The translations under genes and the position numbers were made by a program. A DNA stretch of 64,000 bases. Origin: Candidatus Saccharimonadota bacterium (lineage in GTDB: Bacteria; Patescibacteriota; Saccharimonadia; Saccharimonadales; SZUA-47). The notes under the pieces were generated by a model. The model did no database searches. It was given only the letters and a program-made list of their open reading frames with translations, and was not told the origin of the DNA. Location of the stretch: positions 193,449 through 257,448 of the forward strand of contig CP065013.1 of NCBI GenBank assembly GCA_016700315.1. Direction: 5' to 3'. The stretch's first letter is position 1; each line of letters opens with the position of its first letter. Shown here piece after piece: positions 50,125-59,097 of this stretch.

Positions 50125-50763
50125 CTAATTATTATGTCGCATCGAACCTAGCGTTAAGCTTGATAGTAAATGTGGCACTTCAGTCAGATTAGATGCTACC
50201 ACAGCTTCCCGGGATAGGTTATGTCCATTGTGATTATGTGATGGATACTGAATCGAAATCCCAACCAATCCGGCTCCAATCGCCGCATTTACATTATGAT
50301 CAGCGTCATCTATGGCGGCAAAAGCTCCAATTTTTCTATACGTCGAGACTTTGGATGTCATTTTGTGATCGCCATTATACTCGGCTGTGTGTACATCGCT
50401 AAAGATTCCCGGAAAATGTAATTTTACAGACTCTATAGTTATAGCTTTATGCGTAGGAGGCCTAGCAGTAACTATTTGGAGATCATAGCGCTCAACTAGA
50501 AGGGTTAAACCTTCAGTTGCAGCTTCGTAAGCAGGCGTTTCTATACTTTTTGTAAGTGTATACTGGTTTAGCAGTTCAGTAAATTCTTTGGCGGTCAACC
50601 CACTATCGGGGTAGGCCTCATCATAATGAAATTTACCTTCAATCGCTTTAACGGATAGCAGGTCAATGCCGTGTTCGTCATGCATCCAATTTCTAAATGG
50701 AATATCAAATGGCACAACACAATCATCGTAGTCTACAGCTATAATCTCTTTATTTTTTGCCAA
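50125..50763 (-). CDS. HAD-superfamily hydrolase (5'(3')-deoxyribonucleotidase-like)
   Basis: N-terminal IAVDYDDCV fits HAD motif I (DxD). Confidence 0.5.
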   Translation of the reverse strand: MAKNKEIIAVDYDDCVVPFDIPFRNWMHDEHGIDLLSVKAIEGKFHYDEAYPDSGLTAKEFTELLNQYTLTKSIETPAYEAATEGLTLLVERYDLQIVTARPPTHKAITIESVKLHFPGIFSDVHTAEYNGDHKMTSKVSTYRKIGAFAAIDDADHNVNAAIGAGLVGISIQYPSHNHNGHNLSREAVVASNLTEVPHLLSSLTLGSMRHNN

Positions 50764-50827
50764 TTAAATCCTCAACAACTATTAGATTATACATATATTA
50801 ACAGATTGCAGAATCATAAAGATATAT

Positions 50828-52690
50828 TTAGAGCGAAGCATGTGACACTCGAGACTTAGCCTCATTTTTGACACTTCTAATGAAATTCTCTGCTGGATAC
50901 GCCAATTCCTGGCGGCCCTCCAAGGCCAAATCGGCTCTCACTCTAGGCGTCACCTCGCCCGATTCAACCTCTTTTTCGCCAATTACGATAGAGTACGGCA
51001 CTTTCCAAACTTCGGCGGCGCGAATCTTCTTGCCGACGGACTCACTAGAATTGTCCAGATAAGCACGCACGCCCCTCTCTTTGGCCAGACTGACTAGCTT
51101 TTCTGCAAACTCTACTATCCCATCGGTCTGGTTTACCGTAATGACCCTTAGCTGTTCTGGAGCACACCAAAGCGGGAACTTGCCAGCTGTATGCTCAATG
51201 TAAACGCTCAAAAAGCGCTCGATACTACCCAGTGTTGCACTGTGGATCATGACTGGCCTAGCGGCTTGCCCTTCTTCATTCGTGTACTCAAGCTCAAATC
51301 TTTCAGGCTGAACAAAATCAAGCTGTACTGTTGCCAATTGGTGCTCTCTACCAATTGCATCGGTCACCATAAAGTCTATTTTTGGCCCATAAAACGCCGC
51401 CTCGCCCTCTTGCTCGAAGTACTCCAGCTTATTGGCAATTACAGCGTTTTTAAGTTGGGCCTGTGCTGACTCCCAGAGTTTCTTGTCGCCCAAATAAGCA
51501 TCACTTTCGTCTCGGTAGCTTAGCCTTACTCGCAAGTTCATTCCCACTATTGAATATAATTCATCGGCACACTCAAGTAGACTGTTTATCTCGGTTTCTA
51601 TCTGATCAGGTCGGCAAAAAACATGGCTATCATCTTGGGTTAGCGCCCTAACTCGGCTCAAACCGCCGAGCTCACCCGTTTTTTCATCGCGGTAATCAGT
51701 CGTTGTCTCCAGGTAGCGTACGGGCATTTCGCGGTAACTGCGCTGCTGTGACGCATAAATCCTGGTGTGATGCGGGCAGTTCATCGGCTTCATCACTAGC
51801 TCATCGCTTGTTTCTTGGCTCTTTACCAAAAACAGCTCATCGCCAAACTTGGCCCAGTGGCCGCTTTTTTCGTATAAGTCCTTTTTAGTTATGTGAGGCG
51901 TCCACACTTTTTGGAAGCCTCTTTTTTCACGCAGCTCATTCGAAAGCTTAGAAAGCTCCTCCCGTAAGACGGTTCCACGTGGCGTAAACATCGGCAGCCC
52001 AGAACCAACTAAATCCGAAGTTACGAACAAGTCATATTCCACACCCAAACGGCGGTGATCCCGCTTCTTGGCTTCCTCGAGCATATTTAGATACTGTCGA
52101 AGCTCCTTGTCTGACGCAAAAGCCACTCCATAGAGCCGCTGCATTTGAGGATTTTTCTCATTGCCACGCCAGTAAGCGCCAGCCACACGCATCAACTTAA
52201 ACGCCCCGACCTTATCTGTCGATTCTACATGAGGCCCGCGGCACAAATCAGTAAAATCACCATTGCGGTAAAAACTAACCTCGGTAATTGTCTTTGTCGA
52301 TGCAGCCCCTGAAATCCCAGCAGGTAGCCCCATCATTGCCAAGTCCAAATCTTTGGCTAGAGTTGTACCTTCTCTTTTTAGGTCGTTCAAAAGCTCAATC
52401 TTGTATGGCTGCCCTGCCTTGTCTGCCCAGGCCAAAGCTTCATCAACAGGCATCATAAACTTTTCAAATGCTTGCTTTTCGGCGATAACTTTTCGCATTT
52501 CCGCCTCAATTTTGTCGAAATCGTCCTCACTTATCGTCACGCCAGGCACGTCAATATCATAGTAAAAACCGTTTTCCACCACCGGTCCTACCCCAAGCCT
52601 GGCCTCTGGCCAAAGCTTAGTTACAGCAGTAGCCATTATGTGCGCTAGGCTATGTCTCATAGGGTATAGTTCGTCTTCTGGATTGCTCAT
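50828..52690 (-). CDS. thrS: threonyl-tRNA synthetase
   Basis: 620 aa with the second additional domain HSLAHIMA, class II motifs and a C-terminal anticodon-binding domain. SD AGGAGG. Confidence 0.95.
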   Translation of the reverse strand: MSNPEDELYPMRHSLAHIMATAVTKLWPEARLGVGPVVENGFYYDIDVPGVTISEDDFDKIEAEMRKVIAEKQAFEKFMMPVDEALAWADKAGQPYKIELLNDLKREGTTLAKDLDLAMMGLPAGISGAASTKTITEVSFYRNGDFTDLCRGPHVESTDKVGAFKLMRVAGAYWRGNEKNPQMQRLYGVAFASDKELRQYLNMLEEAKKRDHRRLGVEYDLFVTSDLVGSGLPMFTPRGTVLREELSKLSNELREKRGFQKVWTPHITKKDLYEKSGHWAKFGDELFLVKSQETSDELVMKPMNCPHHTRIYASQQRSYREMPVRYLETTTDYRDEKTGELGGLSRVRALTQDDSHVFCRPDQIETEINSLLECADELYSIVGMNLRVRLSYRDESDAYLGDKKLWESAQAQLKNAVIANKLEYFEQEGEAAFYGPKIDFMVTDAIGREHQLATVQLDFVQPERFELEYTNEEGQAARPVMIHSATLGSIERFLSVYIEHTAGKFPLWCAPEQLRVITVNQTDGIVEFAEKLVSLAKERGVRAYLDNSSESVGKKIRAAEVWKVPYSIVIGEKEVESGEVTPRVRADLALEGRQELAYPAENFIRSVKNEAKSRVSHASL

Positions 52691-52698
52691 TTTTCCTC

Positions 52699-53169
52699 CT
52701 AGTTATAACTCTGTACTCGTCTTGGTTCAGGCCTGTTTTCAGTTTCAATGAAGCCGCTTTTTATCATCTTAAAAGCTTGCGTCAGCATATCTGTTTCCTC
52801 ATCGTCCTTACCAATCGTTGCTATTTCACTCTCTTCAATCCAGCGTGATTCATTGTGATCTTCCGGGTTTAACTTTGGCTCAACACCTTCATCTAGGTAA
52901 CAGAAGTAGCCGACTTCTATACAGAATTCGCCATTCATATAGCAAGTAAAACTGTCTACTGGGCTACCAACTCTGACATCTATACCAAACTCTTCTCGCA
53001 TTTCCCTCTTTAAAGCTGCCTGAGGTGTTTCACCTGGCTCAACATGACCCCCAGGTACTTCGTAGCGGTTTGGAAAAATCTTTTTTGTAGATGCACGTCT
53101 CGCCAAAAAGATTCGTCTATCTCTGACAATTAGCCCTACAATCATTATATTACTGTTGTGGTCGCTCAT
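52699..53169 (-). CDS. NUDIX hydrolase
   Basis: Nudix box GGHVEPGETPQAALKREMREEFGI. Confidence 0.85.
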   Translation of the reverse strand: MSDHNSNIMIVGLIVRDRRIFLARRASTKKIFPNRYEVPGGHVEPGETPQAALKREMREEFGIDVRVGSPVDSFTCYMNGEFCIEVGYFCYLDEGVEPKLNPEDHNESRWIEESEIATIGKDDEETDMLTQAFKMIKSGFIETENRPEPRRVQSYN

Positions 53170-53474
53170 AGCCCCTCCTTAACTAACTCACCACCGACTC
53201 GCTTATATTCTCTACCTTCGTTTATTGTCAGCTTTGCCATAATAGCTTTTTCCAAATCCCCGCCTAAAATTGCCGCTAAACCTAGAGTTTCTATGACTAC
53301 GTCGGCGGCTTCTTCTAATACCTCGGGGAGCAACTTCCCGCCCTCCCATGCTTCGGTTAGTTCATTTAGCTCACCACGAATCCTACCTAGTTTTTTCCTC
53401 GGGTCAGTGGTGTCAAAGCCTTGATTAACCATGTTATCCCAGACTCGTCGCTGCATATCTGCTACTTCGCCCAT
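53166..53474 (-). CDS. MazG-like nucleotide pyrophosphohydrolase
   Basis: 102-aa all-alpha protein with an ELNELTEAW...EEAADVVIE pattern. Confidence 0.6.
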   Translation of the reverse strand: MGEVADMQRRVWDNMVNQGFDTTDPRKKLGRIRGELNELTEAWEGGKLLPEVLEEAADVVIETLGLAAILGGDLEKAIMAKLTINEGREYKRVGGELVKEGL

Positions 53475-53705
53475 ACAAAACTCCTTCTAAAAATAAATAA
53501 ACACGCTGTTATTAGCGTGTTTCGGGTCAGCCAGTTAGCTGACGGTTCCACCGAAAACTTTTCACTCATCAAGCGCGCGTTCCCTAGCTCGCTATCTATC
53601 AGGTTAAGCTCCGCGGTTAGTGATTCCGCCTCAATGCTTAAGATTATTGTACCACAGTAATTAATAGTAGCAGAAAATAGTGAGCGAAAGTTGGCCAATA
53701 ATCCC

Positions 53706-54027
53706 GTTAATCTGACTGAGCATATCAACTACTCTGAGAAACTGAGTCCCGCTTTCCTTCATTCCTAACTAGTTTCTCTAGAGGCTAGATGCTGGCTCCC
53801 ATTCTTCAGGCTCCTGATTGACGAGTGTCAAAACGACAATTAGAGTGAGTGACGTGTTTGAAGAAGATTAGTGTAATTCACTAATCTTCTGAGTTGTCAG
53901 AGCATTGTCGTTTTTGACTACGAGACAATAACGAGTCTGAAGCCAGGGCTACTTCTTTGCCTACTTTCTTGTCAGCACAAGAAAGTAGGGCGGTAAAGCT
54001 AGGCCCCAAGGGGGCCGAGCGCCGAAA
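53706..54027 (+). repeat. structured repeat element, copy D (best-preserved long form)
   Basis: 5' module, a ~140-nt long hairpin (53804-53942), a 12-bp perfect hairpin CTACTTTCTTGT-CAGC-ACAAGAAAGTAG, and a GGCCCC-AAG-GGGGCC hairpin. Confidence 0.85.
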
Positions 54028-54456
54028 TGGGAGCTAGAAAAATTTTATCATGCAAATAAAAAAGCGTCCGACTCTCTCGCAAATAAGTCCGACGCTTTCT
54101 TTTAGGAGAAACCTCTCCCAAAACACAACCTAAATAAGACTATACATGCTATAGCCCGATAATGCTAGTACTTTTTTACCCACTTTTCCACAACGTCCAA
54201 TTTTACCCCCAAGTTTTCCACGTGCCTTATAATGCTAGCGCTTATAATTTTATATCACAGACTGAATAATAATAAATCAACTCTTGTCATAACAATAAAT
54301 ATCCCCTATACTTACCCCTGTTGGTTGTTGCCGTTAAATCCAAATCGCAGTTCAGACTGCGTTTTCAAGAAGAGTCGGCTTGGCGAGGTCGCAAGAAGTG
54401 GTGAGTAAACTTGTTTTGTCATCAGTTCTTGCGAAAACGCCATCACACGCCGACAA

Positions 54457-54533
54457 GGGCGATTAGCTCACTTGGCTAGAGCGCTTCCTTGACGTGGAAG
54501 AGGTAAAAGGTTCAAATCCTTTATCGCCCACCA
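54457..54533 (+). tRNA. tRNA-Val(GAC)
   Basis: GGGCGAT acceptor, anticodon loop TTGACGT, T-loop GGTTCAAATCC, encoded CCA. Confidence 0.88.
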
Positions 54534-54538
54534 AAACT

Positions 54539-54564
54539 TATCGGCTTTATAGCCGATTTTTTTA
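54539..54564. terminator. bidirectional terminator hairpin
   Basis: ATCGGCT-TTAT-AGCCGAT followed by TTTTTTT. It serves tRNA-Val (+) and overlaps the end of the NlpC/P60 gene (-). Confidence 0.7.
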
Positions 54565-55077
54565 GTTTTGAGCAAGCTTGATCAATACAGATAGCGGCAC
54601 AACTCGTAATATCGAACCTGGCTCTACAACAGTTTCTAAGTCTTCAATTTCAACTTTTTGTGTTTTTCCGCTGGCATGTGCAATTGTTCCGGTCTTGATA
54701 AGAATTCCCATGTGGTTTCTTGGAGGCCTTGGCCCGGTTACTCTACGCATTATTAGGGCATCACCAGCTTCAGGTTCAGTATCGACAGACAGCCCCATTA
54801 GTTGTGGTACGTGTCTATACTCGTCATCCCACTCCCTGACATCGACATGTGCGGCAGTACAAACACTTGCAATAACCAGGCCACTACAATCAAAACCTCG
54901 GCCGTCCATACCAACCTCCATGCATTCTTGTCGGGTAAATACACCACCACATAAGTTCACTGGCTTATAGTGATGTCTGAATGGCAAACCTTGCTTAGAT
55001 AAAGCAGTTCTAACAACACGCTGGCGCAAGTCTCTTAGTTGCGGGCCCAGCTCTGTCATCTTCGAAGTTCTTCGCAA
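54562..55077 (-). CDS. NlpC/P60 (C40) family peptidase
   Basis: Catalytic-Cys motif GFDCSGLV and a downstream His (NHMGI). Confidence 0.7.
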   Translation of the reverse strand: MRRTSKMTELGPQLRDLRQRVVRTALSKQGLPFRHHYKPVNLCGGVFTRQECMEVGMDGRGFDCSGLVIASVCTAAHVDVREWDDEYRHVPQLMGLSVDTEPEAGDALIMRRVTGPRPPRNHMGILIKTGTIAHASGKTQKVEIEDLETVVEPGSILRVVPLSVLIKLAQN

Positions 55078-56309
55078 ATTTTAGTTAAGTACCTAAGGTT
55101 GTGAACACTAGCCAAACTACCGGCTAACGGCTCACGCACCTTAAACTGGTGGCGGAAGAAGCCTTTGCTATAGCCGCTGGCACATGTGTAACAATCACAA
55201 CCCGGATCAATCACGCTCGCGTCTTGTGTGTACTGCTCATTGGTCAGGTGAATCTTTTTATCGCCAGAGACCCATACCGTTGCATGTCTGGCGTTTCGAG
55301 TCGGGAGCACGCAATCCGCCATATCAATCCCATGTTCGTAAGCAAACCTTAGGTCTGCCGGCGCGCCAACACCAAGTAAAAACCTAGGCCTGTCTGCGTC
55401 ATACTGTGGGGCTAAGTGCTCTAATACTTTAAACATCTCGGCCTGTGGCTCTCCAACGCTCAAGCCACCGATTGCAATACCATCTACATCACTATCCTGA
55501 ACCATTTTGAGGCTTTGAGAGCGTAGTTCTAGGTCTAGGCCACCTTGTACCACACCAAACAGCAGAGGCCTTCGCAACCCATTAGCCTGCTCGTCAGCAG
55601 AGCTGAGGACTATGCTAATTGGTTGTGGCGCATTAGCAGATTTTCCGCTGCGACTACTCGCATCAGCGTACACTTCGGTACGCTTCTCTCCGTTGCTCGC
55701 GGCAAAATCAGCTACTGCATCCCCATGCGAAGGCCTCTGGAGCTTTTCTTTTTTCTCTTGTTCTTTTGTGAGTTTCTTGAATTCGACAACGCAGCGCTCA
55801 AGCCAACGATGGGTCCGATCAAATGCTTCCTTTACTTCTGCAGGCGTAGCGTCGTCTAGCCCAATCAAATGATCGAATGCCACAAACATATCACTGCCTA
55901 GCGCAAACTGAATCTGCATAGAGCTTTCTGGGGTTATCAAATGCTTACTGCCAGTTACAGGGTCTTTAAAAGTTACACCTTCTTCGGTAACTTTGGTGTG
56001 CTTGCCCAAAGAAAAGACCTGAAAACCACCGCTATCCGTCAAAATTGGCCCGCGCCACTTACCGAATTCATGTAAACCACCAAGACTAGCAACTACCGCT
56101 TCACCTGGCTGCAGATGCAGATGATAGGTGTTGGCTAACACGACTTGCACACCTGTTCCGGCAACTTGCTCTGCCGTCAAGGTTTTTACTACCCCCCGTG
56201 TACCATCAGGCATAAATGTCGGAGTTAGCACTCTACCAGCACGAGTGTCAAAGTAACCGCAACGACCGTGCTGTCCAAAGGTTTTTGTTGTAATAAATTG
56301 TTTGCTCAC
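55056..56309 (-). CDS. tgt: queuine tRNA-ribosyltransferase
   Basis: TDSGGFQV, GLSVGEP and the zinc site CDCYTC...H. GTG start. It contains a low-complexity insert of about 45 aa (EQEKKEKLQRP...) relative to my memory of E. coli Tgt. Confidence 0.9.
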   Translation of the reverse strand: MSKQFITTKTFGQHGRCGYFDTRAGRVLTPTFMPDGTRGVVKTLTAEQVAGTGVQVVLANTYHLHLQPGEAVVASLGGLHEFGKWRGPILTDSGGFQVFSLGKHTKVTEEGVTFKDPVTGSKHLITPESSMQIQFALGSDMFVAFDHLIGLDDATPAEVKEAFDRTHRWLERCVVEFKKLTKEQEKKEKLQRPSHGDAVADFAASNGEKRTEVYADASSRSGKSANAPQPISIVLSSADEQANGLRRPLLFGVVQGGLDLELRSQSLKMVQDSDVDGIAIGGLSVGEPQAEMFKVLEHLAPQYDADRPRFLLGVGAPADLRFAYEHGIDMADCVLPTRNARHATVWVSGDKKIHLTNEQYTQDASVIDPGCDCYTCASGYSKGFFRHQFKVREPLAGSLASVHNLRYLTKICEELRR

Positions 56310-56500
56310 TCTGTTAATAATAGCACAGCTATTGACTTTTACACCCTACTATGTTACCATAAGCATGTTAATGTGAGGTAAGCGTATCAGCAATACCAGC
56401 TCGCTTGACGTCTTCAAACTCTTTTACGAAGAGATTGGAAGCGCTAAGCCGGCCGCCGTTCGTTCAATCAGACGCGGCCGTTAACAGGGTGAGGAAATTT

Positions 56501-56535
56501 AAAAAGCGTTTCTCCTTTAAGAGAAACGCTTTTTT
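56501..56535. terminator. bidirectional hairpin terminator
   Basis: AAAAAGCGTTTCTC-CTTTAA-GAGAAACGCTTTTT. Confidence 0.75.
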
Positions 56536-56712
56536 AGTAGCAAGTAGTTAGTAGTTAGTAGTTGGCATAGAACCCTAAATCCTAAGCACTAAATTCTAAA
56601 CGAAGATAGTATCAAGTATTATGTATAAAGTATGAGTTTCCCCTCGGTAAACAGTTCTCAGTCTTCAGAATTTTTCTATCATCCATAAACCATAAACTCG
56701 CACCGAGTCCCT
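56536..56712. repeat. mosaic heptamer array in the 3' region of the GT2 gene
   Basis: Blocks of GTAGTTA x3, CCTAAAT/CCTAAGC/ACTAAAT/TCTAAAC, NNGTATN, CAGT and CATAAAC. Confidence 0.85.
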
Positions 56713-56717
56713 GCTAC

Positions 56718-58367
56718 CTAGCTCTGCTTGCCGTCTTTCAAAGAAGTTGCCATACCCTTATCGGTCACAACTGCCTTCTCCGTTACGTCAAAACCACCGA
56801 TGTATTTGCCAAAAATCAGTCTAGTCTGCGAGTAGATAGCAGCTGATGCGCTATATCCAATTGTAGTGAGTGGAAGCAAAACCCACTGCAAAAGCATGGC
56901 AAGCGATCGACGTCGCTTGTAGCGCGCAGGTTTCGGCGGTAGTATCTTAAAACTTAAGTACAGAGTCACGAATATGCCGAGCATGGCCAAAGTTTGGATA
57001 CGGCTAGCCAGTTGGGGTAACTGATTGGCCAAGTAATCCGTGTTGTGAAACAAAAAAGGTATAAACGCACCAAAAGCCAATATGAGAGGCGAACTAGACC
57101 AGCTAACATGCCCCTCAAGCAGTCGGAAGAATTTAGCCAGTCGATCCCAAAGAGGAATTGAGTTAGGCTTAAAGAAGGCATTCTCGGCCACATAAGCCAC
57201 ATCGCTAGCGCCCCAAGCCCAGCGTCTAATCTGAATAAACTGTTGCTTCAGTGTTTTCACATAGCCACTTGCCAGCACTGCGTCTTGATAAATTGGCAAG
57301 AATATAGGTATCACCTCGTGCTTACCGTCAAAAGCAAAATAGCTTCTCCAGAACTGATGCCCATCTTCCACAATCGTTCGGACACTCCAAAAGTTTGTTT
57401 CAATAAGTGCATCTAGGGGCTGACTATGCGCCGAAAAGTTTCTAAGCATATGATGTCGCAGCGCCTGAACCATCATCCAGTAAGAGTTGCCTGTCGCGAT
57501 CACACGCATCGGCGCTGGTGCGTCCCAAATATTGTTTGTAAACATTGGTATAGGCTGAAAAGACAGATTTTTTGGCGCATAACAAACACTGTAGATGTAA
57601 TCAAGGCAGGGTAAGTACTGTTTGTCTGGGCGGTTATCCGCATCAAGCGTCGTTACCAGCACTTGTTTTGGCTCTAAGCCCTTAGACTGCACCCACTGCG
57701 CCGCCCTGAATCCTGCAAAGGTGATGTTGCCACCTTTACCGCGCACTTCGTTAGGCATGTGGCTTGGATGTTTAACTGCCTCAGAGTGCATAAACTTACC
57801 CTTGTAGTCGTTCATCAGCTTGATAGCCTGAGCCTCAACTTCTGCCCCACCTCGCTCCTCATAGGCCAGAAATACTGCTACCCTGCTCATGTCTACATCG
57901 TTGTCTAGTACAGCTTGTAGGGTTGGCTCAATCACCTCTCGCGTTTCGTTGTAAGTAGCAATGATGATAACGTGAACAATCTTTTCAGGATCAATGCCGT
58001 TCGGATCCTCTAGAATACGCGAGATATTACTTAGGTGCCACTTAGGAACTCGACGTTGTATAGTATCACCTTTCTGTGCTGCAATCACCTCAGCATGTAG
58101 CTCGCGCCAAGGCAATTTCTTGTGCTGATCAAGCCGACGAAAACTTTGAATTCCTCGAACGTTCAGTGCAGCGGCGCGTACAAACCACAGCATAAGATAC
58201 AAAAGCATTAATAGAGCCGCTAGACTAACGTTCAAAAACCCCAGCCAGAACGGGCTTGTTAAGACTGTCCAAGACAATATGCCAGGCAGCGCCTCAAAAA
58301 ATCTATACCTAAACTTGCGCTCCTGCGGCATCGGTATCTCAAAATCTTGAGAGGCTAGCTTGCTCAT
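56718..58367 (-). CDS. processive family-2 glycosyltransferase (cellulose/chitin synthase-like)
   Basis: Multiple TMs, the ATYNE and TLDADN (D,D,D) motifs, and QIRRW (QxxRW). Confidence 0.75.
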   Translation of the reverse strand: MSKLASQDFEIPMPQERKFRYRFFEALPGILSWTVLTSPFWLGFLNVSLAALLMLLYLMLWFVRAAALNVRGIQSFRRLDQHKKLPWRELHAEVIAAQKGDTIQRRVPKWHLSNISRILEDPNGIDPEKIVHVIIIATYNETREVIEPTLQAVLDNDVDMSRVAVFLAYEERGGAEVEAQAIKLMNDYKGKFMHSEAVKHPSHMPNEVRGKGGNITFAGFRAAQWVQSKGLEPKQVLVTTLDADNRPDKQYLPCLDYIYSVCYAPKNLSFQPIPMFTNNIWDAPAPMRVIATGNSYWMMVQALRHHMLRNFSAHSQPLDALIETNFWSVRTIVEDGHQFWRSYFAFDGKHEVIPIFLPIYQDAVLASGYVKTLKQQFIQIRRWAWGASDVAYVAENAFFKPNSIPLWDRLAKFFRLLEGHVSWSSSPLILAFGAFIPFLFHNTDYLANQLPQLASRIQTLAMLGIFVTLYLSFKILPPKPARYKRRRSLAMLLQWVLLPLTTIGYSASAAIYSQTRLIFGKYIGGFDVTEKAVVTDKGMATSLKDGKQS

Positions 58368-58372
58368 AAACC

Positions 58373-58729
58373 TCAGGAGCTTACTATCAATCGGTCGCTA
58401 ATTACTATCACCATCATCAAGAGGAAAGGTGTTACTCCTAGCACGGCGGTGGCAACATGGCGGCGGTGCCCGTAAGCTCGCACACTAATCAACCAGCTGG
58501 CTAGCACAACCAATACGGCAAACAGCGCAAAAAGCCTTATCTCGCTCAGTGGCCCGCTTTTTATGGCTAAGGCCTTAAGATTTGAACGGTACTGTACTAC
58601 AAAGGTCTCCCCCGAGGCAGAAGTAGCCCTCAGTAGAACAGATAAACAAGCAACTACGAGCATGGTAATATTCAGCGCCAAAAGGGTCAAAATGGTTTTG
58701 TCGTGGAAATAGTTTTTGTGGATATGCAT
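58373..58729 (-). CDS. hypothetical membrane protein
   Basis: 118 aa with 3-4 TM helices, 5 nt upstream of the GT2 gene. Confidence 0.5.
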   Translation of the reverse strand: MHIHKNYFHDKTILTLLALNITMLVVACLSVLLRATSASGETFVVQYRSNLKALAIKSGPLSEIRLFALFAVLVVLASWLISVRAYGHRRHVATAVLGVTPFLLMMVIVISDRLIVSS

Positions 58730-58824
58730 GGTGTTTTGGATATAGATTACAGTACTAATATTAATAACTTCTTCAACTAAACTTCTTCGGTCATTATAGC
58801 AGAAATGTTAAAATGAATCTCAGC

Positions 58825-58900
58825 GCCACCTTAGCTCAGTTGGTAGAGCATTTCATTCGTAACGAAAAGGTCACCAGTTCGATCCTGGTAGGTGGCTCCA
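58825..58900 (+). tRNA. tRNA-Thr(CGT)
   Basis: GCCACCT acceptor, anticodon loop TTCGTAA, T-loop AGTTCGATCCT, encoded CCA. One A31-C39 mismatch. Confidence 0.8.
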
Positions 58901-58994
58901 AGTTAAGATACGCCACTTGCCACCCGTCGTGTTTGCGAACAGATGATCTAGCACTAGGCGGCTCGTGCGTAATTCCTCCTTTAAAAACTGAGCT

Positions 58995-59068
58995 GCGAGA
59001 TTAGTATAATGTTAGTACGCGTGCTTCCCAAGCATGTGGCGCGGGTTAGATTCCCGCATCTCGCACCA
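58995..59068 (+). tRNA. tRNA-Gly(CCC) with non-canonical D- and T-loops
   Basis: Perfect 7-bp acceptor GCGAGAT/ATCTCGC and anticodon loop TTCCCAA. The D-loop AATGTTA lacks GG, and the T-loop is TTAGATT instead of TTCRANY. Confidence 0.7.
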
Positions 59069-59070
59069 CG

Positions 59071-59097
59071 TCCGAACTAAGATCAACCCCGTCTATT
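59071..59097. repeat. 27-bp perfect direct repeat (partner at 59196-59222)
   Basis: TCCGAACTAAGATCAACCCCGTCTATT occurs twice, the first copy starting 3 nt after tRNA-Gly. Confidence 0.85.

Noticed and set aside
54040-54456. Structured region upstream of tRNA-Val (repeated ATAATGCTAG, hairpins TCGCAAGAA/TTCTTGCGA and GTCGGC/GCCGAC) as a separate ncRNA such as tmRNA or 6S
   Set aside because: No tmRNA tRNA-like end or tag frame, and no 6S-like bubble I can recognise. It is most simply a tRNA-Val promoter and precursor leader.
56340-56500. Possible SRP RNA, riboswitch or other ncRNA upstream of tgt (GGAAGC and GC-rich hairpin CGGCCGCC...GCGGCCG)
   Set aside because: I could not match the SRP domain IV consensus or any riboswitch core from memory. 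It may just be the tgt promoter or leader and needs an Infernal scan.
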